From: a virus
Reading direction: 5' to 3' (one strand)
Virus record (IMG/VR): IMGVR_UViG_3300047510_001751
Coordinates: 126,249 to 190,248 of that record
DNA length: 64,000 bases
Shown: positions 12,701 through 21,753 of the stretch, piece by piece
How positions within the stretch are numbered: position 1 is the first letter of the stretch
How the letters are laid out: each line of letters begins with the position of its first letter
Notes under the pieces: generated by a model
Told to the model about the DNA's origin: nothing
What the model saw: the letters and a program-made list of their open reading frames with translations, nothing else
The model's database searches: none
Made by a program: the position numbers and the translations under genes

Positions 12701-15700
12701 TCCGTGAAAATATTGTAATTTGAGCTAGCAGAAAAATCTAAATAAGTGCTAGCCATTGAAAAATGACTAACATCAAATTTATATTTGTAGTATTTTTGAA
12801 TCTGTATAATAGGATTAGTTATTAAATTATCTTCAGATCCCTTAGAAAATTCCAAATTAAATTCTGGCTCTTCTACAGTTTTGATTGTTACCAGTTTAGC
12901 TGGTGTACTAGAATCAAAGAAAATAGAACTTTGTAATATTTTTACTGGAGATGTTGTTCCGTAATCATAAGATACAAAAATTTGCTTCTTAAATTCATCA
13001 TATGAAATAATATATGGAGTATTAACTTGATCACCAAATGGTCTGTAATTTTGATCAAATCTATAATTTCCTTCAAATAAAGAAACTGATAACCCGTCAA
13101 AATGATTTGATGGTCTTGTTCCTTTTTGTCCTCTTTCTACTCGAACAAGTTTTTCTTCTATACTAACGCTACTAATTTTTACAATTTCTTCGTTTAATTT
13201 TAAATAATCTCCAATTGATAAATTATTAATATTAGATAATTTTAACAAAGAATTACTAGCAGAAAAACCTACGTGATCGACAGCAATGTAAAGTCTTTGC
13301 TCATTACCTGTATTAGATAATCTATTAAGATCTTCATCCGATACAGTTAAAACATCTCCAGGTAAGTAACCAATACCTTTATTTGTTATAGTTACTTTTC
13401 TAACTGGACCATAGCCTAAACCATCAATATTTGAAATTTCTATTGTTGCTCTGGCATTATTTGGATTACCTGAAAGTCCCAATCCATCTCTTGCTTTCGT
13501 AGAATCTTGAAAAATTAATTCTACATCCTCGTAAGTAGCAAACGAATAATCTGCTCCGCTGTTTAAAATGTCAGCACTTCCTATTCCTTTATCAATAATA
13601 CGAGAAGAATGTGTTACCGAATTTAAAATAGCTGTTTGATATAATCTTTTTCTTACAAAATAAGTCGTTTCAGTTAAATTATCATTTGGTAAAACATCAA
13701 CATTAATTTTATCGCCAATAGCAACATTGTGATTTTCGTTAGTTTCTAAAATAGCAACTTTATCGTCTATTTCAAAAATGTTCAGATTTTTGCTTAAAGA
13801 AAATTTACTTATAATTTTTGATCTGGAAGTATCTCCTAAGTTACTACTTTTTAAGAAATATGTGTTGTCAACAATAAACTCTCCACTAATTACTTTTATT
13901 TTTAATGAATTTTGACGTAAAATTCCTTCTAAAACTTCTCCTACAGCAATGTTAGAATTACTCTTGCCTTTGCCGTCAGTTAATGTTAAAATAGATCCTT
14001 TGGTAAAGGTAGAGTTTTTATCTAAAATTAATGTTAATACTTCAGTAGAAGACGAAATAGGATCAGTTAAATTAAATTCGCCAGAAACATTTCGTAAGAC
14101 AAATTCATCGTCATTTAACACATCTCCAATTAGTACACCACCAGCTTCATTTCCATCACTGTGGAGTTGAGTAATTGTATCCCCTTCAAACAAATATGCT
14201 ATATTGGTAGTTCTTATTTGAATTGCTTTTGTTTGTTCTGATTCTAAAGAAACAACATCTTTACCTTCTACCGAAGAAACAATAGCTTCAGCTCCAGAAC
14301 CTTCCGTTAAAAAGTCATTAATTGAAACAAATGAATTAACAGAGAAATTTTCTGGTGAGTTGTAAATAGTGGCTTTAGAAACATTACCCGATTTTACGTC
14401 TTTAATAAAGCCAAAAAATTCAGCGCCATTTTCTTCAAAATCAGAAGTCTTTAATCTTTTTACATTTACTGGAATATCATCTTGAGAAATTTTAGAATTG
14501 TAATTAGAATCTACTGGCAACGAGTAATAATTGCTTCCCAAAACATAAGGGAAAATGGGAGTATTATTTGAATCTATTGAAAGGAAATAAGCATATACTC
14601 CATTTGGATAATCTGGGGTTACACAAAATCTTCCATTATTTTGATCTAACTCAAGTTTTCCTGATTGTACACTAGGAATCCATACATAATCATCAATAAA
14701 AGATCCTAATGGATATTGAGAAATGGCGGGGCCGTTTAATCTAGAATTTCTTAATTGATAGCCACTAGATAACCTAGCAATAGAAGAACTACTGTTTACT
14801 GGATTAGAATAACCATACGGACCATAAATTGGATTGCCATCATAAGCATACCCAATAATAGGAGAATGCTTCAATGTAGCGGTTTCTTCATAAACAGAAG
14901 TTAAGTTATCACTCAACCTTCTTCTTAAAACTACAGGATTTGCTACTACACCATAACCATAATTTTTTGAACTGTCAAAATTTGGGAAAGCACCTGAATT
15001 ATTTGTGTCTAAAGATGTTTTAACATTTTCATATCTATTTTTTACCCATCTTTTAATTTTTGCTGATGCTTGGGCACCTTTTCCTATCGGATCAACAAAA
15101 ATAGTTACGGATCCTCTAGTGTAAAATCTTCCTCCACTAATTCTTCTACAGGAATCGATTTTTCCTTCGTTGGTTAAAATAGCTTCATACTCAGCAAAAT
15201 TGCCTTTTCCTAGTTCATCAATAATTCTAATAATCGGAGGAGAAGAATAATATTGTCCAGAATTAACAACATTAATACTGGTAATTCTGCCATCAGTAAC
15301 AACAGCAGAAAGTTTTGCTCCTTCACCAGAAGTAATTCTAATTACAGGATCATCTTCATAATTATCATTTGAAATTAAATTTATGGAACCAACAGTTTGC
15401 CCAGATAACGTTGACAATGCTTTATTTGGTTGCTCATTAACTAAAACATAAGGAGGTGCTTCGTAACCATTTCCTTTACTGTCAATATTAATGGTTTCAA
15501 TGCCACCAAATTTTACTGAATCAAAATCTTTATAACCAAAAATTGGAGAACCATCGACTAAAATACCAACATCTCTAGAAGTAGTCTGATATACTTCAGT
15601 TGTAGTAATTGGTTGTTTTCTTATTAGCTTTAAATGTTTTTGATCAGATAATATCTCAGTAGTTTCTAAAGTTAATAGAACAGAAGCAGACGGATATGAA

Positions 15701-17136
15701 GATGAACAAATGTAATAATACTGCTCGTCCTCATAAATGGCAGAAATATCTGCATTTAAATCACCTACCTGTGAATTTACTCCAGGAACAATTGAATTTA
15801 CTTTTGTGAAATCCGTATTTACAAACCAGCGGATTGAATCAGTTTCTGTACTATAAATTATTGGATTTCTAGTTTCGACGCCAGAAGTTTTAACCTGGAT
15901 TAAATCTCCTGTTTCTGAATATGGATACCCTTGTTTTGGTAAAAGATTGTATAAAATTCCTAAAGTAATTAAAGAAACTCCAGATCCCTCTATTGTCGAA
16001 TAGCTGTATACCTTTTGTCCTTCTGTATGTAACTGTTGAGCAGAACGATCATCTATTACGAATTGATTGAGATTTTTTTCGGTGTATTCAAAAATTTCCG
16101 AACCAATTTGAATTTTTCCTTGTTTTGGAAATCCTTGGGTGGAAAATACATCAATTCTATTTCCATTACCATAAGAAGGAGAAATTGTACTTCTTAATGT
16201 TGTTTTACCAGCAACTTTAAAAGAACCATTCACTGATGAAGGTTCTAAAACAATTTCGTAAATCTCTTCGTTATCTACTTTTCCTACGTATGAAACACTA
16301 TCAACAACAGCAGAAGCGAATGTAATTGATTTATCAAAATCGTCAATAGATTGTGTAATTATATTGCCAATTAAATTATTTACATTGCCAGAAACTACCT
16401 TGACTTTTAAGGCATATTTGTTGACCCAATCAGATGTAGAAGATTTTAATGTAAAATCCTTGGGATTGTAAACAGATACTGTTTCTTCTGGGTCTTTTGA
16501 AATTATCGAGTTAAAAATAAATTTTATAGATCTCTCAGTACCTTTTGCTTTATAAAAATCACTAATATTTTTAATTAATGTTCTTTTGTCTACATTGCCC
16601 TTGAGATATTTTTCTGGGAATGCACCAAGATACTCCTGCTCAAAGTTTTTAACAAAAGCATACAAAAACAAATTGCTAATGTTGAAAACTTCATCTCCAG
16701 TATAATGTGGAGCTGATTGTGTAGTGACAAATTCTGAAGATGTGTATAGATCTCCTAGCGTAGTGTTGCCACTTACACCTCTCGATACTTCTAAAAATTG
16801 TGTGTCTGTTCTTTCTTTGTAAAAACAAATTTCATCACCAATTCGTAAATATCCATTTTCTACTGGAAAAGATGTAGCATCTTCTACAACAATAGTTGTT
16901 ACTGAATTGGAAATTGATGAAACTAATTTTGTTTTTTGGTTTAATAAATTACTTTCATAATAATTAATATCACGGTATTTTTCGATATTATGAAGTATGT
17001 CTAATGGCTTTCCAGTAGATTCTAACTGCTCGTAGTATTTTTCTACGAACGTGCTAAATTTATCGTATTCAGATGATATAAACCCTGGTAATTGATTTTC
17101 AATTAGGGTTGAAATTTTTCTTATCTTTTCGGCCAT
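6709..17136 (-). CDS. gp7: Baseplate wedge initiator gp7-like, 3475 aa
   Basis: N-terminal LIENQLPGFISSEY...FVEKYYEQLE, FYKAKGTERSIKFIF, HSPIIGYAYDGNPIYGPYGY, DSYFYQDYSYVIKS...HPAGF motifs; between gp6 and gp8. Confidence 0.85.
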   Translation of the reverse strand: MAEKIRKISTLIENQLPGFISSEYDKFSTFVEKYYEQLESTGKPLDILHNIEKYRDINYYESNLLNQKTKLVSSISNSVTTIVVEDATSFPVENGYLRIGDEICFYKERTDTQFLEVSRGVSGNTTLGDLYTSSEFVTTQSAPHYTGDEVFNISNLFLYAFVKNFEQEYLGAFPEKYLKGNVDKRTLIKNISDFYKAKGTERSIKFIFNSIISKDPEETVSVYNPKDFTLKSSTSDWVNKYALKVKVVSGNVNNLIGNIITQSIDDFDKSITFASAVVDSVSYVGKVDNEEIYEIVLEPSSVNGSFKVAGKTTLRSTISPSYGNGNRIDVFSTQGFPKQGKIQIGSEIFEYTEKNLNQFVIDDRSAQQLHTEGQKVYSYSTIEGSGVSLITLGILYNLLPKQGYPYSETGDLIQVKTSGVETRNPIIYSTETDSIRWFVNTDFTKVNSIVPGVNSQVGDLNADISAIYEDEQYYYICSSSYPSASVLLTLETTEILSDQKHLKLIRKQPITTTEVYQTTSRDVGILVDGSPIFGYKDFDSVKFGGIETINIDSKGNGYEAPPYVLVNEQPNKALSTLSGQTVGSINLISNDNYEDDPVIRITSGEGAKLSAVVTDGRITSINVVNSGQYYSSPPIIRIIDELGKGNFAEYEAILTNEGKIDSCRRISGGRFYTRGSVTIFVDPIGKGAQASAKIKRWVKNRYENVKTSLDTNNSGAFPNFDSSKNYGYGVVANPVVLRRRLSDNLTSVYEETATLKHSPIIGYAYDGNPIYGPYGYSNPVNSSSSIARLSSGYQLRNSRLNGPAISQYPLGSFIDDYVWIPSVQSGKLELDQNNGRFCVTPDYPNGVYAYFLSIDSNNTPIFPYVLGSNYYSLPVDSNYNSKISQDDIPVNVKRLKTSDFEENGAEFFGFIKDVKSGNVSKATIYNSPENFSVNSFVSINDFLTEGSGAEAIVSSVEGKDVVSLESEQTKAIQIRTTNIAYLFEGDTITQLHSDGNEAGGVLIGDVLNDDEFVLRNVSGEFNLTDPISSSTEVLTLILDKNSTFTKGSILTLTDGKGKSNSNIAVGEVLEGILRQNSLKIKVISGEFIVDNTYFLKSSNLGDTSRSKIISKFSLSKNLNIFEIDDKVAILETNENHNVAIGDKINVDVLPNDNLTETTYFVRKRLYQTAILNSVTHSSRIIDKGIGSADILNSGADYSFATYEDVELIFQDSTKARDGLGLSGNPNNARATIEISNIDGLGYGPVRKVTITNKGIGYLPGDVLTVSDEDLNRLSNTGNEQRLYIAVDHVGFSASNSLLKLSNINNLSIGDYLKLNEEIVKISSVSIEEKLVRVERGQKGTRPSNHFDGLSVSLFEGNYRFDQNYRPFGDQVNTPYIISYDEFKKQIFVSYDYGTTSPVKILQSSIFFDSSTPAKLVTIKTVEEPEFNLEFSKGSEDNLITNPIIQIQKYYKYKFDVSHFSMASTYLDFSASSNYNIFTEEKFVSTISPGNPGSFVTIKLGFGPNISNNSFTERKRINFSNYFYFIKVSPDVNTNNSFLKIVDDPLIGEKSVSYVTNNKIVYTLSSTPEYDGSGQITYTTTSPFAIGKINSIKITNTGQNYKRIPTIDGILPSSVYECIVDPIYDTLNNTVVGFNIIEPGINYSKPKAIITNSSSEYNFKCIQEGGKITSIIVLNGGKFDQKPSVKIVESDLNVFLESDNIGVPQNITIVNNGYYFNADKTTTPLYKSTTTFLLKDFNDYDFYPGEFIVQPFTGAKAKVSKNGWRAGSNLLKVENIEGIFEDNYTIVGKDNNRTATLVAQISTEFNSDIRSYYDNLGFYSSDKGKIGANSQKLLDSYFYQDYSYVIKSKTPIQIWKDLIKETTHPAGFQLFGEVLIETDSSITMPSEQKTIETYSSISLGPINITVIETKKYITTSYIKYESLLVERGLGAVSVDTFDSSETLAYEVTLSPEFNGDFDPNTGKVVGTTQFTLIDAKNGLPLFLNNSQQLIVTLDGVLQEPGKSYTISGTNIEFSQPPFGTRVVEGQEVAAQRFYGRAIKFKNSSLNSRYFKKIKSIANQFDGIKKEFDLYYEDNNIVKTEQNENLIVTLNGVIQNAKSSADTQFGNSYYILRSEDLNVTDKIVFSSAPIDQEDPYVNDVPSELKGNEKCFIYTIGNYERFTIENKLIEFRGGGPYLILDEIENRVKKIDEPLYAFVIIDGVLQREGDAYQIVGPNITFTNPLQKYISESGEIIYQQVSIILAYGRDLPKTLTFYDFEPDTYYNSINLTIVGNNVYQTFSDLYTFLSTDKIILNEGENTLGYIRGYNKISNDEIIVYLINHNLSDTIDLSDPDLKIINTEEFTESVILVEQLDTASYNYDVAFPVDVNDWVVTNPANPTQNLASSTITLRQGNTVSFNVNSDGRPFYILDRLEPQNIETTPYNISYNGTSFIDVGRPTDPNPIIFIAAYNTLDLNITSPSSVSIVKDDGFGNKIAVTENITNNGESTGTISWIVPNDTTSLYYYQLDSNPSVFGRIFVTDYTGTYYNQNYEVDPVQNNGSFNNIITWELSASTNIQKYYYVDVFGPYYGEINVLSSDPVFVPQVTTQYKEYPLNNVDSIEYSYEVDSEGTRILKRNIPAWLFDTKLGDDAWLEKNVLNANLYPGDKIQIDGEFDYREIVSLPNFVNTRNYNPSEYISNQIYTKVRSTNYEGITRGEGLSITANVDFEDGSISSLNVSDIEYNKRDLQLYFEKGVLLQPTAYQYYTTPKVYFIPVDGNGGGAKAEVIAYGGQILDIVLIDGGSGYTQPPKVVVARGYNRIKQFGRKIDSSTVLNISSSVTITTEYSTISTITISGDGPAAIGVFSLITLSGLVDNQELQRFVTQIITPKPKILATAQKKFDTEILIDSKTLIAEALQYTVSREITSIIDIPADIVSSSTISSIDKEITLNINKILNNAIIEIPSDATNDIGAFLDAPLSLTDTIVYIPDTRRFPDASRLLIGKEIVRYAKKLSDRFLGVERGAAGTTAITHQAGDYLRHLPELISIVPVGPTTIFTTEVTSTVIPQPTVLIQSISLIAEVNVVEDVSREINTQHNFEIPNVKEIDVIKEIIIIPPTSYNIVTNIYSTQSYVSTLAEAGVLNVSNAVNVQMSGETDKEITTVQSINLELDIITSSTITTEVDYTFSSVSSVLSTSLVTSDRLITNFVNIGLDNTNLVESTNITILAANALSVVSTLTTILSDPISREIKLNHNLYADNTYIQSSNTITTELDVPLTVYTLSNLLSSKLAKNADVTRFYKTGTLDYYLESIILDNVILTRTGEVILEDPINEVLTRNSGIVEVQNKAIIIDEFYTSYYSINAGFNFGTYEGNRFVDTGLLSTANTIEELSMMYPLVTINDFIERENSAITLSGDRFNLAIPTIQNPVVLSVSTDLSVTNILTVVGNTSKFPTNGRLFQGSSTQYTVISYTGKTSTSFTGCTVISGSNVIDSGNDVIPYSV

Positions 17137-17140
17137 CTAA

Positions 17141-18943
17141 TTACTCGGGATAAGCAGTAAATTTACTTCTAGCAATATCTACATCCAAATAAACATTACG
17201 TAGGGCATTTATGTCGTTAGACAAAGGTTTTGCTCTAACTTCTATACGATTGTCGTCAAAACTACCTTTTATGATAGTCAAATTATATAAAAGAACTTCG
17301 CCTTTTTCATAATTAATAATCCCCAATGAATCATTGAGTGTGATTTTATCACCTGTTATAGAATCTAACTTATATAGGACAATTTTTCCAGCTGAATCTT
17401 CAAAATACACAGTATCATTAGGATATTCGCTTACGACAAATCCAGATGACATCACAGAAGGTCCTTCACAATCAAGATCAAATTCATTTTGATAACAAAT
17501 TTCATAGAAAAATGTTGAGTTTAAAGATGGAAAGAAATCTTTCCTCATTATTACTGAAGTTTGATTTGAATTAATAGATCTATCAGAATCATCTATTACA
17601 GAAATAAACTTACTGTATCTAAATTTACCATTAAATTTTTCGGTATCTGATTGACGAAGATATTGATCTAATCCAGAAATAACTTTGCTACGAATCTCTT
17701 CAGGAGACTGAGTAGTTTTTGATCTATCATAATAAATTTTACTAATCATTTCGACATAAACAATGGAAGGATCTTCAATATCAGCAGTTACAGATCCAAC
17801 CATATACGGCTTTAATTTTCTAATTATTTCTTGTTTTGTTGTATTTGAGAGAAGAGCAGTATTTTTTGGCTTAACAACAATTTTGACTTTGCCATATTCT
17901 GGATTTCTTGCTTCTTCTCCGCCATATGTTATAATATCAGCAACTGCTGGATAAATGTTTTTAACAATGGCACCATAATCTTGAGCAGTTACCGCTCTGT
18001 CCTGAGTTCCAAAATACTTAGGAGCATTGTATTTAATTTCATTAATTGTTTCAATTTCTTCTCCGCCAGCAGCAGCTACTGTATTTGTATTAAAAATACT
18101 TATACTTACTGGATAATTACTGTTACGATTAACATCTTCTAATACACCAGCAAAAGTAAATGATTTCGAACCATTTGTTAAAGAACCATTAGTAATTAAA
18201 TAACTAACTTCAATAAATTCTCCGTTATCTAACTTCCTACCTAAACTACCATCTCCAAAAAATATTTCGTATCTTTCATCTTCAATTTCTTCTACAAAAT
18301 ATACTTTAGAATCTTTTGTTACATTTAAAATATTATTGGAAAATTCGTAAAATTCAAATGATGTGCTGTTTTGTGATTCAAAAACTTTAACTCTAATTGT
18401 TGATATATCCGCTCCTGGGTTATCAATAATAAATCTTTGAGACTTTACAGCAGTATTAACTGTATATGAATTTGTTACTAGACTTCCTTCGTAGATAGGA
18501 ATATTTCTAAAATTAGCAATGTTATTAACTACAGGAGCTTCTTGATCTTCTACAACAACATATTGATATAAATTATTATCAAAAATTGTAGTAAACCCAG
18601 TTCCTTTCTTCAGAAAAATAACACTTGGGCTACTTCCAGTAAAAGTAACATCAAAATTGACGTAAGCAATTGGAGCAGTAATTGATTTTGGTTTGTACCC
18701 TAATTGCTTCGCTAGAGCCACCACGTTGTCCCTCAAGGTGGCTGAAGACAAGAATAGCTCATTTACCACCATGTTGGTGTTAAACGCCGTGTAGTAGGTA
18801 TTATAAGCGAGCAGATCAATAAGAACGCTCAGAGTCGAACCTTCAAAGTCGTAATCGGTAAAGTCAGACTGCGCTCTCATGTATTCTATGAGAGAAGTTT
18901 TAATCTCGTTAAAATCTAGATTGTTAACTTGAACGTAAGACAT
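17141..18943 (-). CDS. gp6: Baseplate wedge subunit gp6
   Basis: LDFNEIK...SDFTDYDFEGS...LLAYNTYY...FLSSATLR and QDRAVTAQDY motifs. Confidence 0.95.
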   Translation of the reverse strand: MSYVQVNNLDFNEIKTSLIEYMRAQSDFTDYDFEGSTLSVLIDLLAYNTYYTAFNTNMVVNELFLSSATLRDNVVALAKQLGYKPKSITAPIAYVNFDVTFTGSSPSVIFLKKGTGFTTIFDNNLYQYVVVEDQEAPVVNNIANFRNIPIYEGSLVTNSYTVNTAVKSQRFIIDNPGADISTIRVKVFESQNSTSFEFYEFSNNILNVTKDSKVYFVEEIEDERYEIFFGDGSLGRKLDNGEFIEVSYLITNGSLTNGSKSFTFAGVLEDVNRNSNYPVSISIFNTNTVAAAGGEEIETINEIKYNAPKYFGTQDRAVTAQDYGAIVKNIYPAVADIITYGGEEARNPEYGKVKIVVKPKNTALLSNTTKQEIIRKLKPYMVGSVTADIEDPSIVYVEMISKIYYDRSKTTQSPEEIRSKVISGLDQYLRQSDTEKFNGKFRYSKFISVIDDSDRSINSNQTSVIMRKDFFPSLNSTFFYEICYQNEFDLDCEGPSVMSSGFVVSEYPNDTVYFEDSAGKIVLYKLDSITGDKITLNDSLGIINYEKGEVLLYNLTIIKGSFDDNRIEVRAKPLSNDINALRNVYLDVDIARSKFTAYPE

Positions 18944-19336
18944 TTATCGGGTTCTCTCTAAAAAGAAGGTAATGGATACAGGAACATCATCTCTTCCAGT
19001 AATTTCAAATACTAATTCTACATCAAATCCGTTATTATCAAAATTTGGATTTGTTGATAATGAAAGTATACTAATTCTAGGTTCGTAAAATCTCAACGTA
19101 TTTTGTATTTCAGTATTTACCAAAGAAGCAGTACCAAAATCTAATGGTTCAAATAATAATTCGGACAGAGAAGACCCAATACGAGAATCAAAAAATCTTT
19201 CTCCTCTATTTGTCAACAACAAATTAATAATCGCCTGTTTAATGGCAGCCTCATCCTTTAATACAGTAAGGTCTCCTGTAATAGGATGAGGCTTAAACGT
19301 AATATTCAGATCTTTGAAAGTCTGAAAAGTAGGCAT
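18944..19336 (-). CDS. gp25: Baseplate wedge subunit gp25 (GPW/gp25 family)
   Basis: FKDLNITFKPHP, NLLLTNRGERFF, FYEPRI motifs; abuts gp6. Confidence 0.92.
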   Translation of the reverse strand: MPTFQTFKDLNITFKPHPITGDLTVLKDEAAIKQAIINLLLTNRGERFFDSRIGSSLSELLFEPLDFGTASLVNTEIQNTLRFYEPRISILSLSTNPNFDNNGFDVELVFEITGRDDVPVSITFFLERTR

Positions 19337-19340
19337 AATA

Positions 19341-19360
19341 GGAGTTTTTTATTATTTATA
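19341..19360 (-). promoter_or_regulatory. T4-type late promoter TATAAATA upstream of gp25
   Basis: Plus-strand TTATTTATA just upstream of the gp25 start. Confidence 0.7.
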
Positions 19361-19552
19361 TTACTCCTCAAACCTCTCCACAAAGTCATCAAAACCACCA
19401 GCACCACCACACGGCTTTGAAAGCCTGTCTTCGGGAACCTGATATTTTTTCTTGTGTACTTTTCTTAGGTACTTATCTGAAGCAGGGTCTGAAATCAGAG
19501 TCATACCTGATTGAATAAACGCCTGACTTTTATCTACTGGACTCATAGCCAT
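19361..19552 (-). CDS. Conserved cyanomyovirus hypothetical protein
   Basis: MAMSPVDKS...MTLISDPASDKYL...CGGAGGFDDFVERF; internal start chosen over the track's 19609. Confidence 0.65.
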   Translation of the reverse strand: MAMSPVDKSQAFIQSGMTLISDPASDKYLRKVHKKKYQVPEDRLSKPCGGAGGFDDFVERFEE

Positions 19553-19637
19553 CTGTTTTCTCCATGAAGGTTTAAACAGAACTTTTAAAGGGGTTGCTAT
19601 CCCTTTCACACTATTTACACAACCTCAAATAAACAAC

Positions 19638-19663
19638 AAAAAAGCGGCTTTCGCCGCTAAAAA
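19638..19663 (-). terminator. Intrinsic terminator
   Basis: Minus strand GCGGC-GAAA-GCCGC followed by T6. Confidence 0.85.
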
Positions 19664-19807
19664 TCAATTACCTTGTCCACGATAACGCTTACGAGCATTG
19701 TTTCGACTTGTGGAGGCATACTTGGTATGCTTTCCAGCTCCCTGACGGGATTTCTTAGGTTTGGACTGAATACCAGGATTGCCAGTAAACGAAGGACGCT
19801 TAGCCAT
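19664..19807 (-). CDS. Small basic protein, 47 aa (not in ORF track)
   Basis: MAKRPSFTGNPGIQSKPKKSRQGAGKHTKYASTSRNNARKRYRGQGN; resembles the small basic protein typically found next to gp25 in cyanomyoviruses. Confidence 0.75.
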   Translation of the reverse strand: MAKRPSFTGNPGIQSKPKKSRQGAGKHTKYASTSRNNARKRYRGQGN

Positions 19808-19844
19808 AGAATTTAACCTTAACTACCCTCCTAGTATACCCCAT

Positions 19845-20174
19845 TTACTTCTTCGTGTCAACAAAGACGGAGGTGGCACCAAATGCCGCTACCTGCCCAG
19901 CAGGACCGTATTGGCAGGTAAGTAAACTACCAATTACTGCCATGGGTTGCTTATTCACGAAAACAGTCGGAGATCCAGTGGAAATCCTATCTGTGTGAAC
20001 ATCAGGTGGCAAGTGGAAGTGGGGTAGAGTCTCATTCCCTACATGGTGTACTTGCTTGCTATTGATGTAGACGCTTCCAGAAGCCCCTGTAGGGGGCACC
20101 GAGTACCCTACAGGTGGCCAAGGTCCATGTCCGCTTGTCATGTCATCTGGGGTGTACAGAGCAGGTATATCCAT
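19845..20174 (-). CDS. PAAR-repeat spike tip protein (gp5.4-like)
   Basis: SGHGPWPP, SGSVYIN, H-x-D-x-ISTGSPTVFVNKQP, GS-x-LTC motifs. Confidence 0.8.
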   Translation of the reverse strand: MDIPALYTPDDMTSGHGPWPPVGYSVPPTGASGSVYINSKQVHHVGNETLPHFHLPPDVHTDRISTGSPTVFVNKQPMAVIGSLLTCQYGPAGQVAAFGATSVFVDTKK

Positions 20175-21037
20175 TATTCCTCTTCGAAATTATCCCCTTC
20201 AATATTTAGAATAGCATTTCTTCTTCTACGTTTTAAAAGAAACTTTAATCTTTCGTTTGCTGCCTTCTGATTATACTGTACAATCATATAAGCAGTGAAA
20301 GGATACACTCCCAATGTTGAAGTGACTGTAACATCAAAGTAAAATCTAAGTTTTTTGATGTCTGTACCTTTATATGATATAACTTGACCAATACTATTGA
20401 AATATCCTTCAAGAATCTCAGATTCTGTCTTATAAGCAGCAGCAACTGTTAAAGGATAAAACGTGTTAATGTTTACACCAGATGGTAAAGGAATATTAAT
20501 CTTTTTTAAATCAAATGGTAAATTTGCTGGAAAATTCTCTAAAGGAGCATAAAAGAACCCGTTACTTGTAAATTTAGTAATAGCATTCAAATATGACACC
20601 ACAATCTCTCGGTCATACCAGTTTCTCTCCGTGAAATACCCAGAGATCGTTGCTGCTGGTCCAGGAGTACACACAACCAGAGGTTCTAAGAACAATCCAG
20701 GTGCCCAAAATGGTGACACAGGTATCTTGAGTTCTTTGTTTAATGATTTCGTTGTGTCACTTCCAGGTAACGGATCTTCTAATATACACTTATTTGGACC
20801 AAGTATCACAACACTCGTAATCACTTCAAGTGGTGCCGTGGGTATGGCACTCACAGTTAATGTGAATGGCTGGTAAGTGCTGATATAATTGGCATTAGGT
20901 CCGCCTTCACCATCAGGTAACTTATTTGCTACTGGACGAAACTCAAACGCTGCTGGAGGCAACGTAGGGTTCGCTGTCGGTGGTCCTGGAAGTGGTGCTG
21001 GTCCTACTGTGAGACCATCAACTAGTAACGTTGCCAT
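20174..21037 (-). CDS. Hypothetical protein (late operon, Pro-rich N-terminus)
   Basis: 287-aa ORF coupled to neighbours. Confidence 0.7.
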   Translation of the reverse strand: MATLLVDGLTVGPAPLPGPPTANPTLPPAAFEFRPVANKLPDGEGGPNANYISTYQPFTLTVSAIPTAPLEVITSVVILGPNKCILEDPLPGSDTTKSLNKELKIPVSPFWAPGLFLEPLVVCTPGPAATISGYFTERNWYDREIVVSYLNAITKFTSNGFFYAPLENFPANLPFDLKKINIPLPSGVNINTFYPLTVAAAYKTESEILEGYFNSIGQVISYKGTDIKKLRFYFDVTVTSTLGVYPFTAYMIVQYNQKAANERLKFLLKRRRRNAILNIEGDNFEEE

Positions 21038-21221
21038 TTTCTAATTTTCTAAGTCTTTCATCGAGTTCATCCAGAAACTCAACAATATTTACATATTCTT
21101 CCCGTTGGGGAGGCTTGTACATCATTTTGAATGGCACTGGAAGTTGATCGAGTTTAGCCTTGAGGCTCTGGACCAGTTTCACCAAGGAATTCCATTCCTC
21201 TAGACTCACTTTGTTGTTCAT
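21018..21221 (-). CDS. Hypothetical coiled-coil protein
   Basis: 67-aa ORF, FKMMYKPP motif, overlapping operon arrangement. Confidence 0.65.
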   Translation of the reverse strand: MNNKVSLEEWNSLVKLVQSLKAKLDQLPVPFKMMYKPPQREEYVNIVEFLDELDERLRKLENGNVTS

Positions 21222-21402
21222 TAGTAACTCTCTCCTTTCTTACCATATTATCATAGATCGTCTCCACCGAAATCTCGGGCTTCATGCCAGCATAGAAATT
21301 CGTGGCGACCTCTTCAATGCTATCGGCAAATTCATTGAAGCTGTCAAACATTTTCTCTTGTAATACCCCATCGGGGGTTTTGAAAGTAACTCTGTGTTCC
21401 AT
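21154..21402 (-). CDS. Hypothetical protein
   Basis: 82-aa ORF downstream of the late promoter at 21478-21483. Confidence 0.6.
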   Translation of the reverse strand: MEHRVTFKTPDGVLQEKMFDSFNEFADSIEEVATNFYAGMKPEISVETIYDNMVRKERVTNEQQSESRGMEFLGETGPEPQG

Positions 21403-21477
21403 AGCGACTTTTTGAGTGATTTTTTCTGGGGGAAATTTTTTGAAATCGAAGGATTTGAAGTTTCGAATTTCTTTTAA

Positions 21478-21483
21478 TATTTA
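21478..21483 (-). promoter_or_regulatory. Late promoter core TAAATA heading the structural operon
   Basis: Plus-strand TATTTA about 75 nt upstream of the 21402 start. Confidence 0.5.
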
Positions 21484-21530
21484 GAGGGCTCTGGGAAACG
21501 TTTATAGCTTATAACAATGGGTCCCCTTTT

Positions 21531-21654
21531 ACGATTAACTGTTATTATTAATAACGAACGATTACGATTAACTGTTTATTCTTTATACTCAAACATACGA
21601 TTACCTGTTTATTCTTTATATCGTGTAATCCTAATTAATTGTTTATTCTTTATA
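21531..21654. repeat. Four direct repeats, 33-34 bp period (consensus ACGATTAACTGTTTATTCTTTATA)
   Basis: Copies start at 21531, 21564, 21597 and 21631; no convincing ORF across them. Confidence 0.85.
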
Positions 21655-21663
21655 TTTACAAAT

Positions 21664-21693
21664 AAAAAAAGAGAGTGATAATAATCACTCTCT
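21664..21693 (-). terminator. Intrinsic terminator ending the early region
   Basis: GAGAGTGAT-N4-ATCACTCTC stem followed by T7 on the minus strand. Confidence 0.85.
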
Positions 21694-21753
21694 AATAAAT
21701 CTGTGATTCTATTAATAATAGAAACAGATGTTTTTTATGAAATACTTTCTCCC

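Noticed and set aside
6709-17136. Very large size of gp7 as a novelty, or an intein/intron in it
   Set aside because: Multi-thousand-residue gp7 proteins are normal in cyanomyoviruses, the frame is uninterrupted, and I saw no intein splice-junction or LAGLIDADG motifs.
21531-21654. Possible CRISPR mini-array
   Set aside because: A 24-bp repeat with a 33-bp period leaves only ~9-nt spacers, the repeats are not palindromic, and no cas genes are visible.
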